A stretch of DNA of 64,000 nt from contig OZ242180.1 of assembly GCA_965205485.1 (NCBI GenBank), forward strand, positions 5,061,461 through 5,125,460, given 5' to 3'. Shown here in pieces: positions 39,188 to 48,369 of this stretch; the first letter of the stretch is position 1; each line of letters starts with the position of its first letter. A model generated the notes under the pieces. It was given only the letters and a program-made list of their open reading frames with translations. It made no database searches and had not been told where the DNA came from. A program made the translations under genes and the position numbers. The stretch comes from Candidatus Latescibacterota bacterium (GTDB taxonomy: Bacteria; Latescibacterota; UBA2968; GCA-2709665).

Positions 39188-41821
39188 CTACGCCTGTGTC
39201 TCCACGATTCCGGGCTTGATGTCACACGCCGGACAAACGTGCCGGAGATGGTCCCGCCGCGCCTTCCAGACCTCAATTGCCGGGACGAAGATCGAGTCGG
39301 CCTTACCCACTTTTCCGCGGCGCTGCCATCCCCTCCGATCCAGCGCCCTGTTCAGTTTTCCCGGCGGCACCGGACATAGCGCGGATCTGAATGCCAGCCC
39401 CGGGACCCGCTGCACGTTGCCGTCGTCTGAAACGACGCGATAGGTATTCCCAAACGGGTCGATGCAGCCGCATGGCACGGATAACTCCGCCACGTGGTAC
39501 GCAGTGGTGGCATTGTGGTCGACACCAAGCAGTACGATATGCCCGTTTCCATGTACAAACTGGCCGATCGGGCTGTCCGGCGTCCAGAGTCCCTTTTTGC
39601 TGTGGTCACTGCAGAAGGTTTCCGCCCGCGGCCCCACGGCAGCCACGGCGTGCGTCGGATGATCGCTTCTTACCGCGTCCCGGCGCCGCCAGAATGCATC
39701 CGGGATCGCGCCGTTGGTCGTCGGCGTCGTCATCGGATTGTACACCTGCGCGGCCCGGTGATTGAACGACGGCATCATCACGGTGCCACGTTTTCCGATC
39801 ACCGCCAGCAGCGCCTCGATCACGGTATCCGCGCCGCCCAGCACGTGTCCGATCGATGACAGGGAGCTATGAACCATGATGTCCATGCCCCTGGCGAGGC
39901 CAAGCGCGGCGAGGTCCTTCATCAGGCCCTCTCGCGTCACCCGCTCGGATTCGTCGATAAGTTCCACATATCCCAATTCACTGTGGGCTTCGAAATATTC
40001 GATTACGTGCTCGATCCTGACCGCGTTCCCGGTCTCGGACGCCACGGCCTGCGAAATTTCGTGGAGCGTCCGGTTTCCGTCCGCCCAGAACAGCGCCCAG
40101 GCGGAAAGCCCTTTGCGGTTGATCCGGCCGGCGACCTCCGGCGGCGTATTCTCACCGATGGGCGACAGCAGACGGGTGCGCCTCGGTATCCGGTCCCCGC
40201 CTTCGACGCGCCTGCGACGTGTTCTTCTTTTGCCTTTTGACGCGCTCCGGGCGGCGTCCTTCACCTCCCGCTCGTGGTCGGCGAACCGTTCCAGGATCTC
40301 CCGCCGTTCCCCTCCCCACATCCAGCGTTCAAGCTTCTCAAGGATGACCCGGTGCTGCTCGCGTTCGTATTCGGCCTGCGCGACCGACGCGCTTTCCCCG
40401 GTCAGCCGCCCGACGGTCCGCGCGGTTTCCGCGGCGGCGACGTCCAAAATCTCCTCGGTTCCCGCATCGGCCAGCCAGTACAGATAACCCGCCATGGCCG
40501 TCGCACACGCAGCCAGCCCCCTCGTACTCAACAGATTCGGCGTGTCCGCTGATGAATGGTAAGCGTCGAATCCCCGTCCGGGCCCGTGGTGATGCGTGGT
40601 GAGCCAGGGACACGGAAACCCGTATTTCGGATCGCCGATCAGCGTATCCGACGTGGGTTGAAACGGCTCCATGAACAGACGATATCCGGGATTCCGCAGC
40701 CGGAGCGTTTCCGTCAGAATCGTCTCGCCCAGCCTGTCCACGAAACCTGCAGACATCGGAATCGTGGCGTGCCACTCGATCCGGCCGCCGCAGACGGAAG
40801 GTTTGCTTCCAACCGAATCGATCACCACGCCTGCAAGCGGGGTCTGCAGACGCTGCGTGTCCTCGAGGTACTTGAAGAACCCGTGACACTCATAGGCGCA
40901 CATCAGACGGATGGTGCGCCGGGGCCGCGGCAGCTTACCGTCTGCGATCAGTTGCTCGAGCAGGCGGGCGATCTCGAGGCACAGCGCCACGCCGGATGCG
41001 TTGTCGATCGCGCCCGGCTCCGCGCTGTGCGCAAGCGCCCATACTTCATCCTGAGGGTCGGCCGCTCCCGGCACAACCCCGCTCACCTGATCGTGAGTGC
41101 CGGCGTAATGTCGAATATCCACGTCTGTCCGGACCGTCAGCGAGCCATGCCTGCCAAGCAGCGCGCGCAGCCGCTTACCCTGGTTTTCGGACAACACCAG
41201 GCCCACCATCTGTATGGCCGCGTCCTGAATCGGCACGCCGCCCCAGCCGAATTTCGTCCATGCGGTCGCATTGGGCAGGTTCGGCACCGGGTGATCCGTC
41301 ACCACCGCCGCCGCGCCGGCTTCCGAGAAAGACCGCAACATTCCGCGCGGGTCCATTCGCGTGAGTACCACCTTTCCGCACAGCCCGCCCCGGGGAATCC
41401 GGCTCAGGTCCTCCCTGGTATCCACGACAGCCAGTTCGTTCTCCATCCCTCCGGGCGGCGTGGCGCCGCTCCATTGAATCACGTGCCAGGGATTCTCGCT
41501 GTAATCCAGAATACGTTTCTTTACCGGATGAATCACGTCCATCGTCGCCGAGCGTACATCCGCCGCTCTATGGATGATCCATCGACCCGATCCTATGGAT
41601 CCGCCCGTACGCATGGTATGCACTTCCGCCTTCGCGCCCGATTCCTCGAAACGGCTCACGAGATACCCGGTGGTTTCTCTGAACCGGTCGAACGAGTTCC
41701 ATCGGTCCGTCGCCACCACGGCGCGCACATCCTCAAGAACCCGTTTGCCGTCCGTGCTCGCGTGCAGCAGCGGCAACACCGCTTTACAGAAGTTGACGAC
41801 CGAACCCTGCCGGACCGGCAT
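39188..41821 (-). CDS. Fusion of M28/DUF4910-like Zn-peptidase domain and C-terminal AAC(3)-family N-acetyltransferase
   Basis: N-terminal part: AHSAEPGAIDNASG, RRTIR, YE, IDSVG, YHSSADT. C-terminal part (about 39191-39940): VHSSLSSIG, GGADTVIEAL, MPSF, RSDHPTHA, LLGV, TAYHVAE. Confidence 0.82.
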   Translation of the reverse strand: MPVRQGSVVNFCKAVLPLLHASTDGKRVLEDVRAVVATDRWNSFDRFRETTGYLVSRFEESGAKAEVHTMRTGGSIGSGRWIIHRAADVRSATMDVIHPVKKRILDYSENPWHVIQWSGATPPGGMENELAVVDTREDLSRIPRGGLCGKVVLTRMDPRGMLRSFSEAGAAAVVTDHPVPNLPNATAWTKFGWGGVPIQDAAIQMVGLVLSENQGKRLRALLGRHGSLTVRTDVDIRHYAGTHDQVSGVVPGAADPQDEVWALAHSAEPGAIDNASGVALCLEIARLLEQLIADGKLPRPRRTIRLMCAYECHGFFKYLEDTQRLQTPLAGVVIDSVGSKPSVCGGRIEWHATIPMSAGFVDRLGETILTETLRLRNPGYRLFMEPFQPTSDTLIGDPKYGFPCPWLTTHHHGPGRGFDAYHSSADTPNLLSTRGLAACATAMAGYLYWLADAGTEEILDVAAAETARTVGRLTGESASVAQAEYEREQHRVILEKLERWMWGGERREILERFADHEREVKDAARSASKGKRRTRRRRVEGGDRIPRRTRLLSPIGENTPPEVAGRINRKGLSAWALFWADGNRTLHEISQAVASETGNAVRIEHVIEYFEAHSELGYVELIDESERVTREGLMKDLAALGLARGMDIMVHSSLSSIGHVLGGADTVIEALLAVIGKRGTVMMPSFNHRAAQVYNPMTTPTTNGAIPDAFWRRRDAVRSDHPTHAVAAVGPRAETFCSDHSKKGLWTPDSPIGQFVHGNGHIVLLGVDHNATTAYHVAELSVPCGCIDPFGNTYRVVSDDGNVQRVPGLAFRSALCPVPPGKLNRALDRRGWQRRGKVGKADSIFVPAIEVWKARRDHLRHVCPACDIKPGIVETQA

Positions 41822-41845
41822 ATGAAATCTCCATCGTGAAATTTA

Positions 41846-42055
41846 GAAGCTGTTTTAAAATTACCGGTGAGTTCCCGAGCGCGAGCGAAAAAGTGGCGGT
41901 TATGAGGCGCGAGGGGCGCGCAGCGCCGACGGGAAAACTCGCCTATGAGAGGCGAGCAAGCGCAGCCTCGATCTCGTAAGACGGGTGGGTTTGACCAACG
42001 CTGACCGGCGCTCTTGCAGCCGCGCGAAGACCGCTGGGAATTTTCAGACAGCTTC
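41846..42055. mobile_element. MITE family A, copy 2 (longer core)
   Basis: TIRs GAAGCTGTTTTAAAATT / AATTTTCAGACAGCTTC, flanked by TTA on both sides. Right TTA is the stop of the Ldh_2 gene. Confidence 0.85.
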
Positions 42056-43111
42056 TTACGCCACGGCGCCCGTTTCCAACAGCGCCACGCCAAGTTCTTC
42101 TGCCACGGAGCGGATCTCCAACCACGTCGCCTCCTCCAGGGATACGCCCTCCGTCTCCCTCAGCCTTCGGGTCTCGGACTCAATCTCTCCCGGTACGTAA
42201 ATCCGTTCCACGCCCGGCATCGTCGGCGACGATTTCACCCAGTCGATCAGTTTCCTCACCTCTGCCTTGAAGTCGCCCACGTCGGCGAAACTCTCGATCT
42301 TGATTGCGAGCGCCAGATATCCGCTCCCGCCCCGCGTGGGCTCCTCCGCGCTGCACCCGGCCCAGGAAAGACCGCCCGCGATGGCGTCGATCATCATCGC
42401 CAGGCCGTATCCCTTGTGACCATAGGCGCCGCCGAGAGGCAACATGGCCGCATTTCCGGTGTATAATTCCTCGGGATCGGTTACGGTGTTTCCGTCCCGG
42501 TCTACCATCCAGTCTTCGGGCATGGGTTGCCCCCGTAAACGGCAGAGGTCGACTTTGCCGCCCGCCACGATGCAGGTGGTAATATCGAGCGTCATCGGTG
42601 GTCCGTCTCCCGTAGGGACGCCGATCGCGATCGGGTTGGGAGGCAACCTCTGGCCGGTACCGCCGAACGGCGCCGCGAACCGTCCTCCTCCGTTCAGCAT
42701 CAGTATCCCGATACAGTCCCGCTCCGCAGCGATCGAGGGAAATTCGCCCAGCCGACCGATATGGCCTGAACGATGGACAGCGACCGCCCCGAGTGTGTGT
42801 TTAAGGGCCCGGTCGACCGCCATATGCATGGCCAGATTGGCCACCACGATGCCGATCCCGCCTCCCGCGTCGATGGTCACGGAAACCGGCGTCTCCCGAA
42901 TCACTTTGTGGTTTCCAGCGGCCTTGATTACGCCGTCTTTAACGCCGCGCGCGTAGCCCGGCATCCTGTGGATTCCGTGGGAGTCGTGCCCCACCAGGTT
43001 AGCATCCACCAGGTGGTCCGTTACGGTCCGCGCCTGGTCCTCCGGGAGTCCGGCGGCCTCGAATATCGCGTATCCGCACTGCCTTAGATTGAGGTGTGAG
43101 ATGATTGGCAT
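42056..43111 (-). CDS. Ldh_2 (type 2 malate/L-lactate dehydrogenase) family oxidoreductase
   Basis: GHDSHG, HIGRLG, PFGG, NPIAIG, LDITT, GHKGYGL, YVPGE. Confidence 0.92.
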   Translation of the reverse strand: MPIISHLNLRQCGYAIFEAAGLPEDQARTVTDHLVDANLVGHDSHGIHRMPGYARGVKDGVIKAAGNHKVIRETPVSVTIDAGGGIGIVVANLAMHMAVDRALKHTLGAVAVHRSGHIGRLGEFPSIAAERDCIGILMLNGGGRFAAPFGGTGQRLPPNPIAIGVPTGDGPPMTLDITTCIVAGGKVDLCRLRGQPMPEDWMVDRDGNTVTDPEELYTGNAAMLPLGGAYGHKGYGLAMMIDAIAGGLSWAGCSAEEPTRGGSGYLALAIKIESFADVGDFKAEVRKLIDWVKSSPTMPGVERIYVPGEIESETRRLRETEGVSLEEATWLEIRSVAEELGVALLETGAVA

Positions 43112-43144
43112 CGACTTTCCCCGAATCGTGTTGTCCGCAACCGC

Positions 43145-45097
43145 CTAATTGACGTACCGTTCGCGCAGGAACCGCGCGATTTCGCGAACGGTTGATTCCG
43201 TGCCTCGAATCGCGTCGTGGACCCGATTATGCCACGGCTCGGGCCCCAGCGTCCCCCGCCAGTGCCGGATCGCGGCGACATTCGACTCGCCGGCGGCCTC
43301 GAGCGACTCGATCGCCGCCTGAAGTTCCGTCTGAACGTCGGGGTCGGCCAGGTCGCGCGTCGCCACGTTTTCCGCAACGTCATAGACGCGCCGGGCAAGC
43401 TCCACGTAGGTCATGACGACGCGAGTCTCATTGGCGCAGTCCGGGCTCTCGAATTCGGAAGCAATCTGAATCGCCCGGCGGCACGCGTCGACTTTTTCTT
43501 CGAAGGACGCCTCATTTTCGTAGTACCGGAACATTCCCTCGCCGAGAAACGGTCGTTGTTTCCGGCGAACCATCTCGATCGCCTTCCCCCACGAATAACA
43601 GACCGGAAAATCGGAATCGAAGACGTCGAATGCGACGGGGCCTATCAGTTCCGACCAGTCCGCGAACGCTCCGACGTCGGTGTACCCCTCCCTCGTAGCC
43701 CATGCGATGGCGAATTCCCCTTCGGTGCGCCCGTTCAGGTTCCATGCATACTCCGCCAGGGCCGCGACGTTGTATCCGCACGTCTCCCTGCCCATGGTCA
43801 CCCACGCCATCATCCCGAAGGCTCCGCTGTATTGCCTTCGAATCAGATGGCCCACGTAGTCCCGGATCCGGTGCGGCGAGGACTGCGGCACCTTGAATTC
43901 GGGGGTTTCCACCCGTCCGTTCGCATTGACAGGGACGTCGTAGCTGGCGATCCATCGACCCTGCGAAGCGTGGTAATCCAGGAGGGGATTGGCCGTCAGG
44001 TCTCTCGGCAGGTGCAGCACGCGTTCCATTTCGGTTGCGCATGCCCGCCCGACTTTCACCTCCGGAGGCAACTCCGCCAGCACGCGGTAGTCCCGTTCAG
44101 ACGTCGTCGTGGACAGAAAAATGCGAAGGTCGAAGTCGGGAAACCGCAGGCGAATCCGCTTCCAGGCGTTCACGAAAGCGCGCGACTCGAGCACGAACTG
44201 ACCGATGGCCGTACAGTCGTCACAGCCACACTGGGCGGGCCGCTCGGTCAGCCAGCAACCCACCTCGGATGCGCCCTGTGAGGCGATATCCGCCATCCAC
44301 TCTTCCAGAATGTCCACGAGCAGCGGGTTCGACGCGCACGGCGCCCGATGCCGGTTGCCCTCCTTGTGGGCGAAATACCGTCCCGCCAGCGCGCCGTCGC
44401 CCTTGCCCGCCAGTTCGGGATGGGCGCTATACAGGCCTCGGTCATGCAGAAAGTTCAGATGGGTGATCAGCGGTACGTAGTTGAATCCGAGCAGTCGCGC
44501 CTTTTCCATAAGCGGACGATCGATCCGGGCGCGATTGGGTTTGCCGCGCACCACCGTCGACAGTTCCGTGGAGTCCATCTTGCCGTAGTTCAACTTCATC
44601 GACGCCATCCAGGGGATCCATTCCTCCGGCGTGGGAAAGTTCCACATGCCCCGTTCGTCCAGGTCCGGCCAATCGGTCACCGAAACAAGCGGAATGCGGA
44701 TCCTGCCGGGCGACACACCCGGTTCAAGGAGCTGGTGAAGGGTACGGGCCGCATACGTGATCCCGCGTCCGGACAACGCGGCCAGGACCAGACGACGCCC
44801 CTCCTGACGGATCGTATATGCCTGCTCGCAATTCGGCAACTTTCTCAGCCTGTCGGCATCCGGCCCGCCATCCACCAGACCGATCGCAATAACAAATGCG
44901 CCGCCCGGGGGTGTGTCCCCCGCCTCCGCGGCGCACAGAGCTTCCAGCATCGCTGCGGCATTTCTTTCCGCCGGTTCCGCGCCCGGTCTCACCTCAACAG
45001 AAACCGCCGCCGGATGGCATTCAACGTCCCCCTCGAATGTGATCTCATGCGGAAGCGGCAACAGATAGCGCTTCCACTGCTCGAAACGATCTTCCAT
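43145..45097 (-). CDS. Hypothetical protein with GH20 domain-2 (zincin-like) N-terminus
   Basis: LLPLPHEI, EQAYTI, GITYAARTLHQLL, VTDWPDLDERGMW. Confidence 0.7.
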   Translation of the reverse strand: MEDRFEQWKRYLLPLPHEITFEGDVECHPAAVSVEVRPGAEPAERNAAAMLEALCAAEAGDTPPGGAFVIAIGLVDGGPDADRLRKLPNCEQAYTIRQEGRRLVLAALSGRGITYAARTLHQLLEPGVSPGRIRIPLVSVTDWPDLDERGMWNFPTPEEWIPWMASMKLNYGKMDSTELSTVVRGKPNRARIDRPLMEKARLLGFNYVPLITHLNFLHDRGLYSAHPELAGKGDGALAGRYFAHKEGNRHRAPCASNPLLVDILEEWMADIASQGASEVGCWLTERPAQCGCDDCTAIGQFVLESRAFVNAWKRIRLRFPDFDLRIFLSTTTSERDYRVLAELPPEVKVGRACATEMERVLHLPRDLTANPLLDYHASQGRWIASYDVPVNANGRVETPEFKVPQSSPHRIRDYVGHLIRRQYSGAFGMMAWVTMGRETCGYNVAALAEYAWNLNGRTEGEFAIAWATREGYTDVGAFADWSELIGPVAFDVFDSDFPVCYSWGKAIEMVRRKQRPFLGEGMFRYYENEASFEEKVDACRRAIQIASEFESPDCANETRVVMTYVELARRVYDVAENVATRDLADPDVQTELQAAIESLEAAGESNVAAIRHWRGTLGPEPWHNRVHDAIRGTESTVREIARFLRERYVN

Positions 45098-45284
45098 CTC
45101 TCATCCAATCCGCAAAATGGTTTCGACCGCGGCGAGACTGCGTTTTACACGCGGACGCGGTGCCGTCTGGGGGCTTCGGTACGCATCAGATTCACGCTGT
45201 ATATGATTGCAACGGGGTACTGGAAAGTCAAGCCATAACGGCAGTCCGTATCGACGATTTTCCGCGTCAATTTCAGGAAAACTG

Positions 45285-45313
45285 TTGACAGCAATCGAGC
45301 GGATGGTTAATAT
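45285..45313 (+). promoter_or_regulatory. Near-consensus sigma70 promoter for dut-ispH
   Basis: TTGACA-17 nt-TAATAT. Confidence 0.75.
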
Positions 45314-45366
45314 GGTTTCATCGCTAAACCTGTTCCCGACAGGCTGTTGACAAAGGAATCGCGACG

Positions 45367-45816
45367 CTGGGCGAGCACGTAAAGAAAATCCGGATCAGAA
45401 GGGTGGACCCGTCGCTCCCTCTACCGCGCCATCAGACTCCCGGATCGGTCGGATTCGATCTGCTCTGCAGGAAGGACGTCGTGGTTCCCCCGGGCGAAAT
45501 CCGTCTTGTCCCGGCCAATCTCATCGTTGCCGTTCCTCCGGGACACATGCTCCTGCTTGCCGCCCGAAGCAGTCTGCCGCAAAGAAAGGGCCTGATGGTG
45601 CCGAATGGCGTGGGCATAGTCGATCAGGACTACCGAGGGCCCAACGACGAGATCCACGTCCAGGTTTACAACTTTACAGACGGCCCGGTGAGTGTCCGTC
45701 GACGTGAACGGCTCGCGCAGGGGATTTTCGTCCGCATCGTCCAGGCCGACTGGGATGAAACGGAACACCTCGGCGCACCCGATCGGGGCGGGTTCGGCAG
45801 CACCGGGCAGGAATGA
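45367..45816 (+). CDS. dut: dUTP diphosphatase (start CTG 45367 or GTG 45403)
   Basis: GSVGFDL, ARSS, NGVGIVDQDYRG, ERLAQG, RGGFGSTG. Confidence 0.93.
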   Translation: MGEHVKKIRIRRVDPSLPLPRHQTPGSVGFDLLCRKDVVVPPGEIRLVPANLIVAVPPGHMLLLAARSSLPQRKGLMVPNGVGIVDQDYRGPNDEIHVQVYNFTDGPVSVRRRERLAQGIFVRIVQADWDETEHLGAPDRGGFGSTGQE

Positions 45817-45877
45817 GACGCGGGAACAACCGACAAAGGGATCCCGTCGCGTTACCGGGCGCGGGGATTTGACGACT

Positions 45878-47101
45878 ATGGCACGCAAATTCGACATTCC
45901 TGAATTTTACAAGAGTCCCGTCATATCGCGCGTGAAGGCGTACAGGCAGATGCAGGACATGCGCAAACGGGACCTTTCGCCCTCGGTACTCGACTTCGGC
46001 CCGGTCCGATTCCTGTTGGCCCGCCATTTCGGGTTCTGTTTCGGCGTGGAAAACGCCATCGAAATCGCATACCGGACGCTCGAGGAACACCCGAACCGGC
46101 GCATCTACTTCCTGAACGAAATGATCCACAATCCGAACGTCAACAACGACCTGAAGGACAGAGGCGTCGAGTTTATATTCGACCCGTACGGAATGCAGCT
46201 CATCCCGTGGAATTACCTTGCGCCGGAAGATATCGTCGTGGTTCCCGCGTTCGGTACCACGGTTGAAATCCAGGAAGCCCTTGCATCCCGCGGCATTGAC
46301 GCCTACACCTACAACACAACCTGCCCCTTTGTGGAGCGGGTCTGGAACCGAAGCGCCAAACTGGGCGGGTCGGGTTTCTCCGTGGTCGTACACGGCAACG
46401 ATACCCACCAGGAGACACGCGCCACATTCTCTCACAGCGTCCGAAACGCGCCTACGGTCGTGGTGCTGGACATGGACGAGGCGCACGTGCTTGCGGACGT
46501 CATCAGGGGCACGGCGGACCGTCGCGTTTTCTACGAACGCTTCGGCCACAAGTGCTCGGAGGGCTTCGACCCGGACCGGCACCTCCATCGCGTTGGAATC
46601 GTCAATCAGACGACCATGCTGGCAACCGAAACGCGGCACATCGCAAACGTCCTTCGGGACGCGCTGGCGGACCGCTACGGAGAGGAGAATATCCGGAATC
46701 ACTACGCCGACACTTCGGATACCCTGTGCTACGCAACCAATGAAAACCAGAACGCGACGTATGTCCTCGTCGAACAGGACGCGGATCTGGCGCTGGTCGT
46801 GGGCGGGTACAACTCGTCCAATACGTCGCACATCGTCGAACTCTGCCTCGAGCAGATGCCCACCTATTTTATCAAAGGCGCGGATGAAATCCGTTCGGAA
46901 TCCCTTATCCGCCACTTCAGCCTGGAAACAAAAAAAGCCGCCCATACGACGGACTGGCTGCCGGACAAACGCCCCCTGAGCGTGGCGCTGACGTCGGGCG
47001 CTTCGTGCCCCGACGCCATCGTCGATGCCGTGCTTCTGCGCGTACTCTCCTTTTTCGAACCCACCCGATCCCTCGACGACGTTCTCGCCTGCTTCGCCTG
47101 A
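45878..47101 (+). CDS. ispH: 4-hydroxy-3-methylbut-2-enyl diphosphate reductase
   Basis: FGFCFGVENA, IHNP, TTCPFV, HQET, NQTT, TLCYAT, GGYNSSNT, TSGASCP. Confidence 0.96.
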   Translation: MARKFDIPEFYKSPVISRVKAYRQMQDMRKRDLSPSVLDFGPVRFLLARHFGFCFGVENAIEIAYRTLEEHPNRRIYFLNEMIHNPNVNNDLKDRGVEFIFDPYGMQLIPWNYLAPEDIVVVPAFGTTVEIQEALASRGIDAYTYNTTCPFVERVWNRSAKLGGSGFSVVVHGNDTHQETRATFSHSVRNAPTVVVLDMDEAHVLADVIRGTADRRVFYERFGHKCSEGFDPDRHLHRVGIVNQTTMLATETRHIANVLRDALADRYGEENIRNHYADTSDTLCYATNENQNATYVLVEQDADLALVVGGYNSSNTSHIVELCLEQMPTYFIKGADEIRSESLIRHFSLETKKAAHTTDWLPDKRPLSVALTSGASCPDAIVDAVLLRVLSFFEPTRSLDDVLACFA

Positions 47102-47117
47102 ACGACCGGTCCCGGCA

Positions 47118-48350
47118 TCAGATGGACGTCAACGGCCCGAGCGCCACCAACGCCGGCTCGCAGTCGAGCGGGTAACGCTCCAGGTATTCGGCCACCCGTT
47201 CCGGCGTAACGGCGTCGATCTCGGCCAGCTCTTCTTCCAACGTCTTCAGCGGGGTTTCCGTACTCAGGCTGCCGACGATCTGTGAGAAACGCCGGAGTCC
47301 GTGTTCCCCGCCGACAACCAGAGCAGTCGCCAGTTTCGTCCTGGACCGGGCGAGGGCTTCTCCGTCCACTCCCCCCTTCAGGCCGTCGATTTCCTTCCGC
47401 ACGATCTCGAGTACCCGCGGGACGTTTTCCGGATCGACGGAGAGGTACACGTAGAACAGACCGGTATCGCTGAAACCGTAGAAGTCCGCCGAGGCCTCGT
47501 CGGCAAGTCCCCTCTGTACAACCGACCAGTAAAGACGGCTGTTGCTGGCCGCGCCGAGATAGTGCGCGGCCAGGTCCGCTGTGGTCGCCCAGTCATCCGA
47601 GTCGCAGGGCGCGGGAAACGCCAGGGCGATATGCTCCCGTATCACGTTCGGACGCTCCAGCACGCGTGTCGTCGGGTGGAATGAGGGCGCCACCTGCTCC
47701 CGAATCGCCTTCCCCGGTTCCCATCCGCCGCAATGCGTTTCAGCCGTGCGAATCATTGCGTCCCGATCGAATCTGCCGGTAACGACGAGCGTCATATTGT
47801 CCGGCGCATATCGCTTTTTGAAGTATTCCGCCATCTGCTCCCGTGAGATCGGCCCGATCGTGTCCTCGGTTCCCAGTACGCTCTGTCCGAGCGGATGCCC
47901 CGCGAATGCCTCCTGAATCAGTTCGTCGATAATCAGCGCGTCCGGCCGGTCGCGATACATCGCGATCTCTTCCAGGATGACCTTCTTCTCCATGTCGAAC
48001 TGGTCGACCGGAAGCGTGGACCGCATCATGTCCGCAAGGATTTCGGCCGAGCTCCCCGCCCGTTCGCTCTGCACCCAGTGAAAATAGGCCGTACCCTCCC
48101 ACCACGTATAGGCGTTCCACATCGCGCCGAGATCGTCGACGTCGAGACTCAGCTGGCGCCAGTCGCGGTTGGCCGTGCCCTTGAAACACATATGCTCGAG
48201 AAAGTGCGACACGCCGGCGAGTTCAGCGGGTTCGTCCCGTGATCCGGTATGCACGTAGAATCCGAGCGCCGCGGAGTTGATCCTGGGTATCGACTCGAAC
48301 ACGAGCCGAAGCCCGTTGTCGAGCGTATGGGTGGAAAACGGTGACTGCAT
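47118..48350 (-). CDS. M16 family peptidase, catalytic subunit
   Basis: LDNGL, GSRDE, HFLEHMCFKGT, NAYT, EKKVILEEI. Confidence 0.93.
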   Translation of the reverse strand: MQSPFSTHTLDNGLRLVFESIPRINSAALGFYVHTGSRDEPAELAGVSHFLEHMCFKGTANRDWRQLSLDVDDLGAMWNAYTWWEGTAYFHWVQSERAGSSAEILADMMRSTLPVDQFDMEKKVILEEIAMYRDRPDALIIDELIQEAFAGHPLGQSVLGTEDTIGPISREQMAEYFKKRYAPDNMTLVVTGRFDRDAMIRTAETHCGGWEPGKAIREQVAPSFHPTTRVLERPNVIREHIALAFPAPCDSDDWATTADLAAHYLGAASNSRLYWSVVQRGLADEASADFYGFSDTGLFYVYLSVDPENVPRVLEIVRKEIDGLKGGVDGEALARSRTKLATALVVGGEHGLRRFSQIVGSLSTETPLKTLEEELAEIDAVTPERVAEYLERYPLDCEPALVALGPLTSI

Positions 48351-48369
48351 GCGAATCTCCCGTAAATCT

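Noticed and set aside
39188..39940. Acquired aminoglycoside resistance gene aac(3)
   Set aside because: It is a fused domain in native-looking chromosomal context, and the family includes many non-resistance enzymes.
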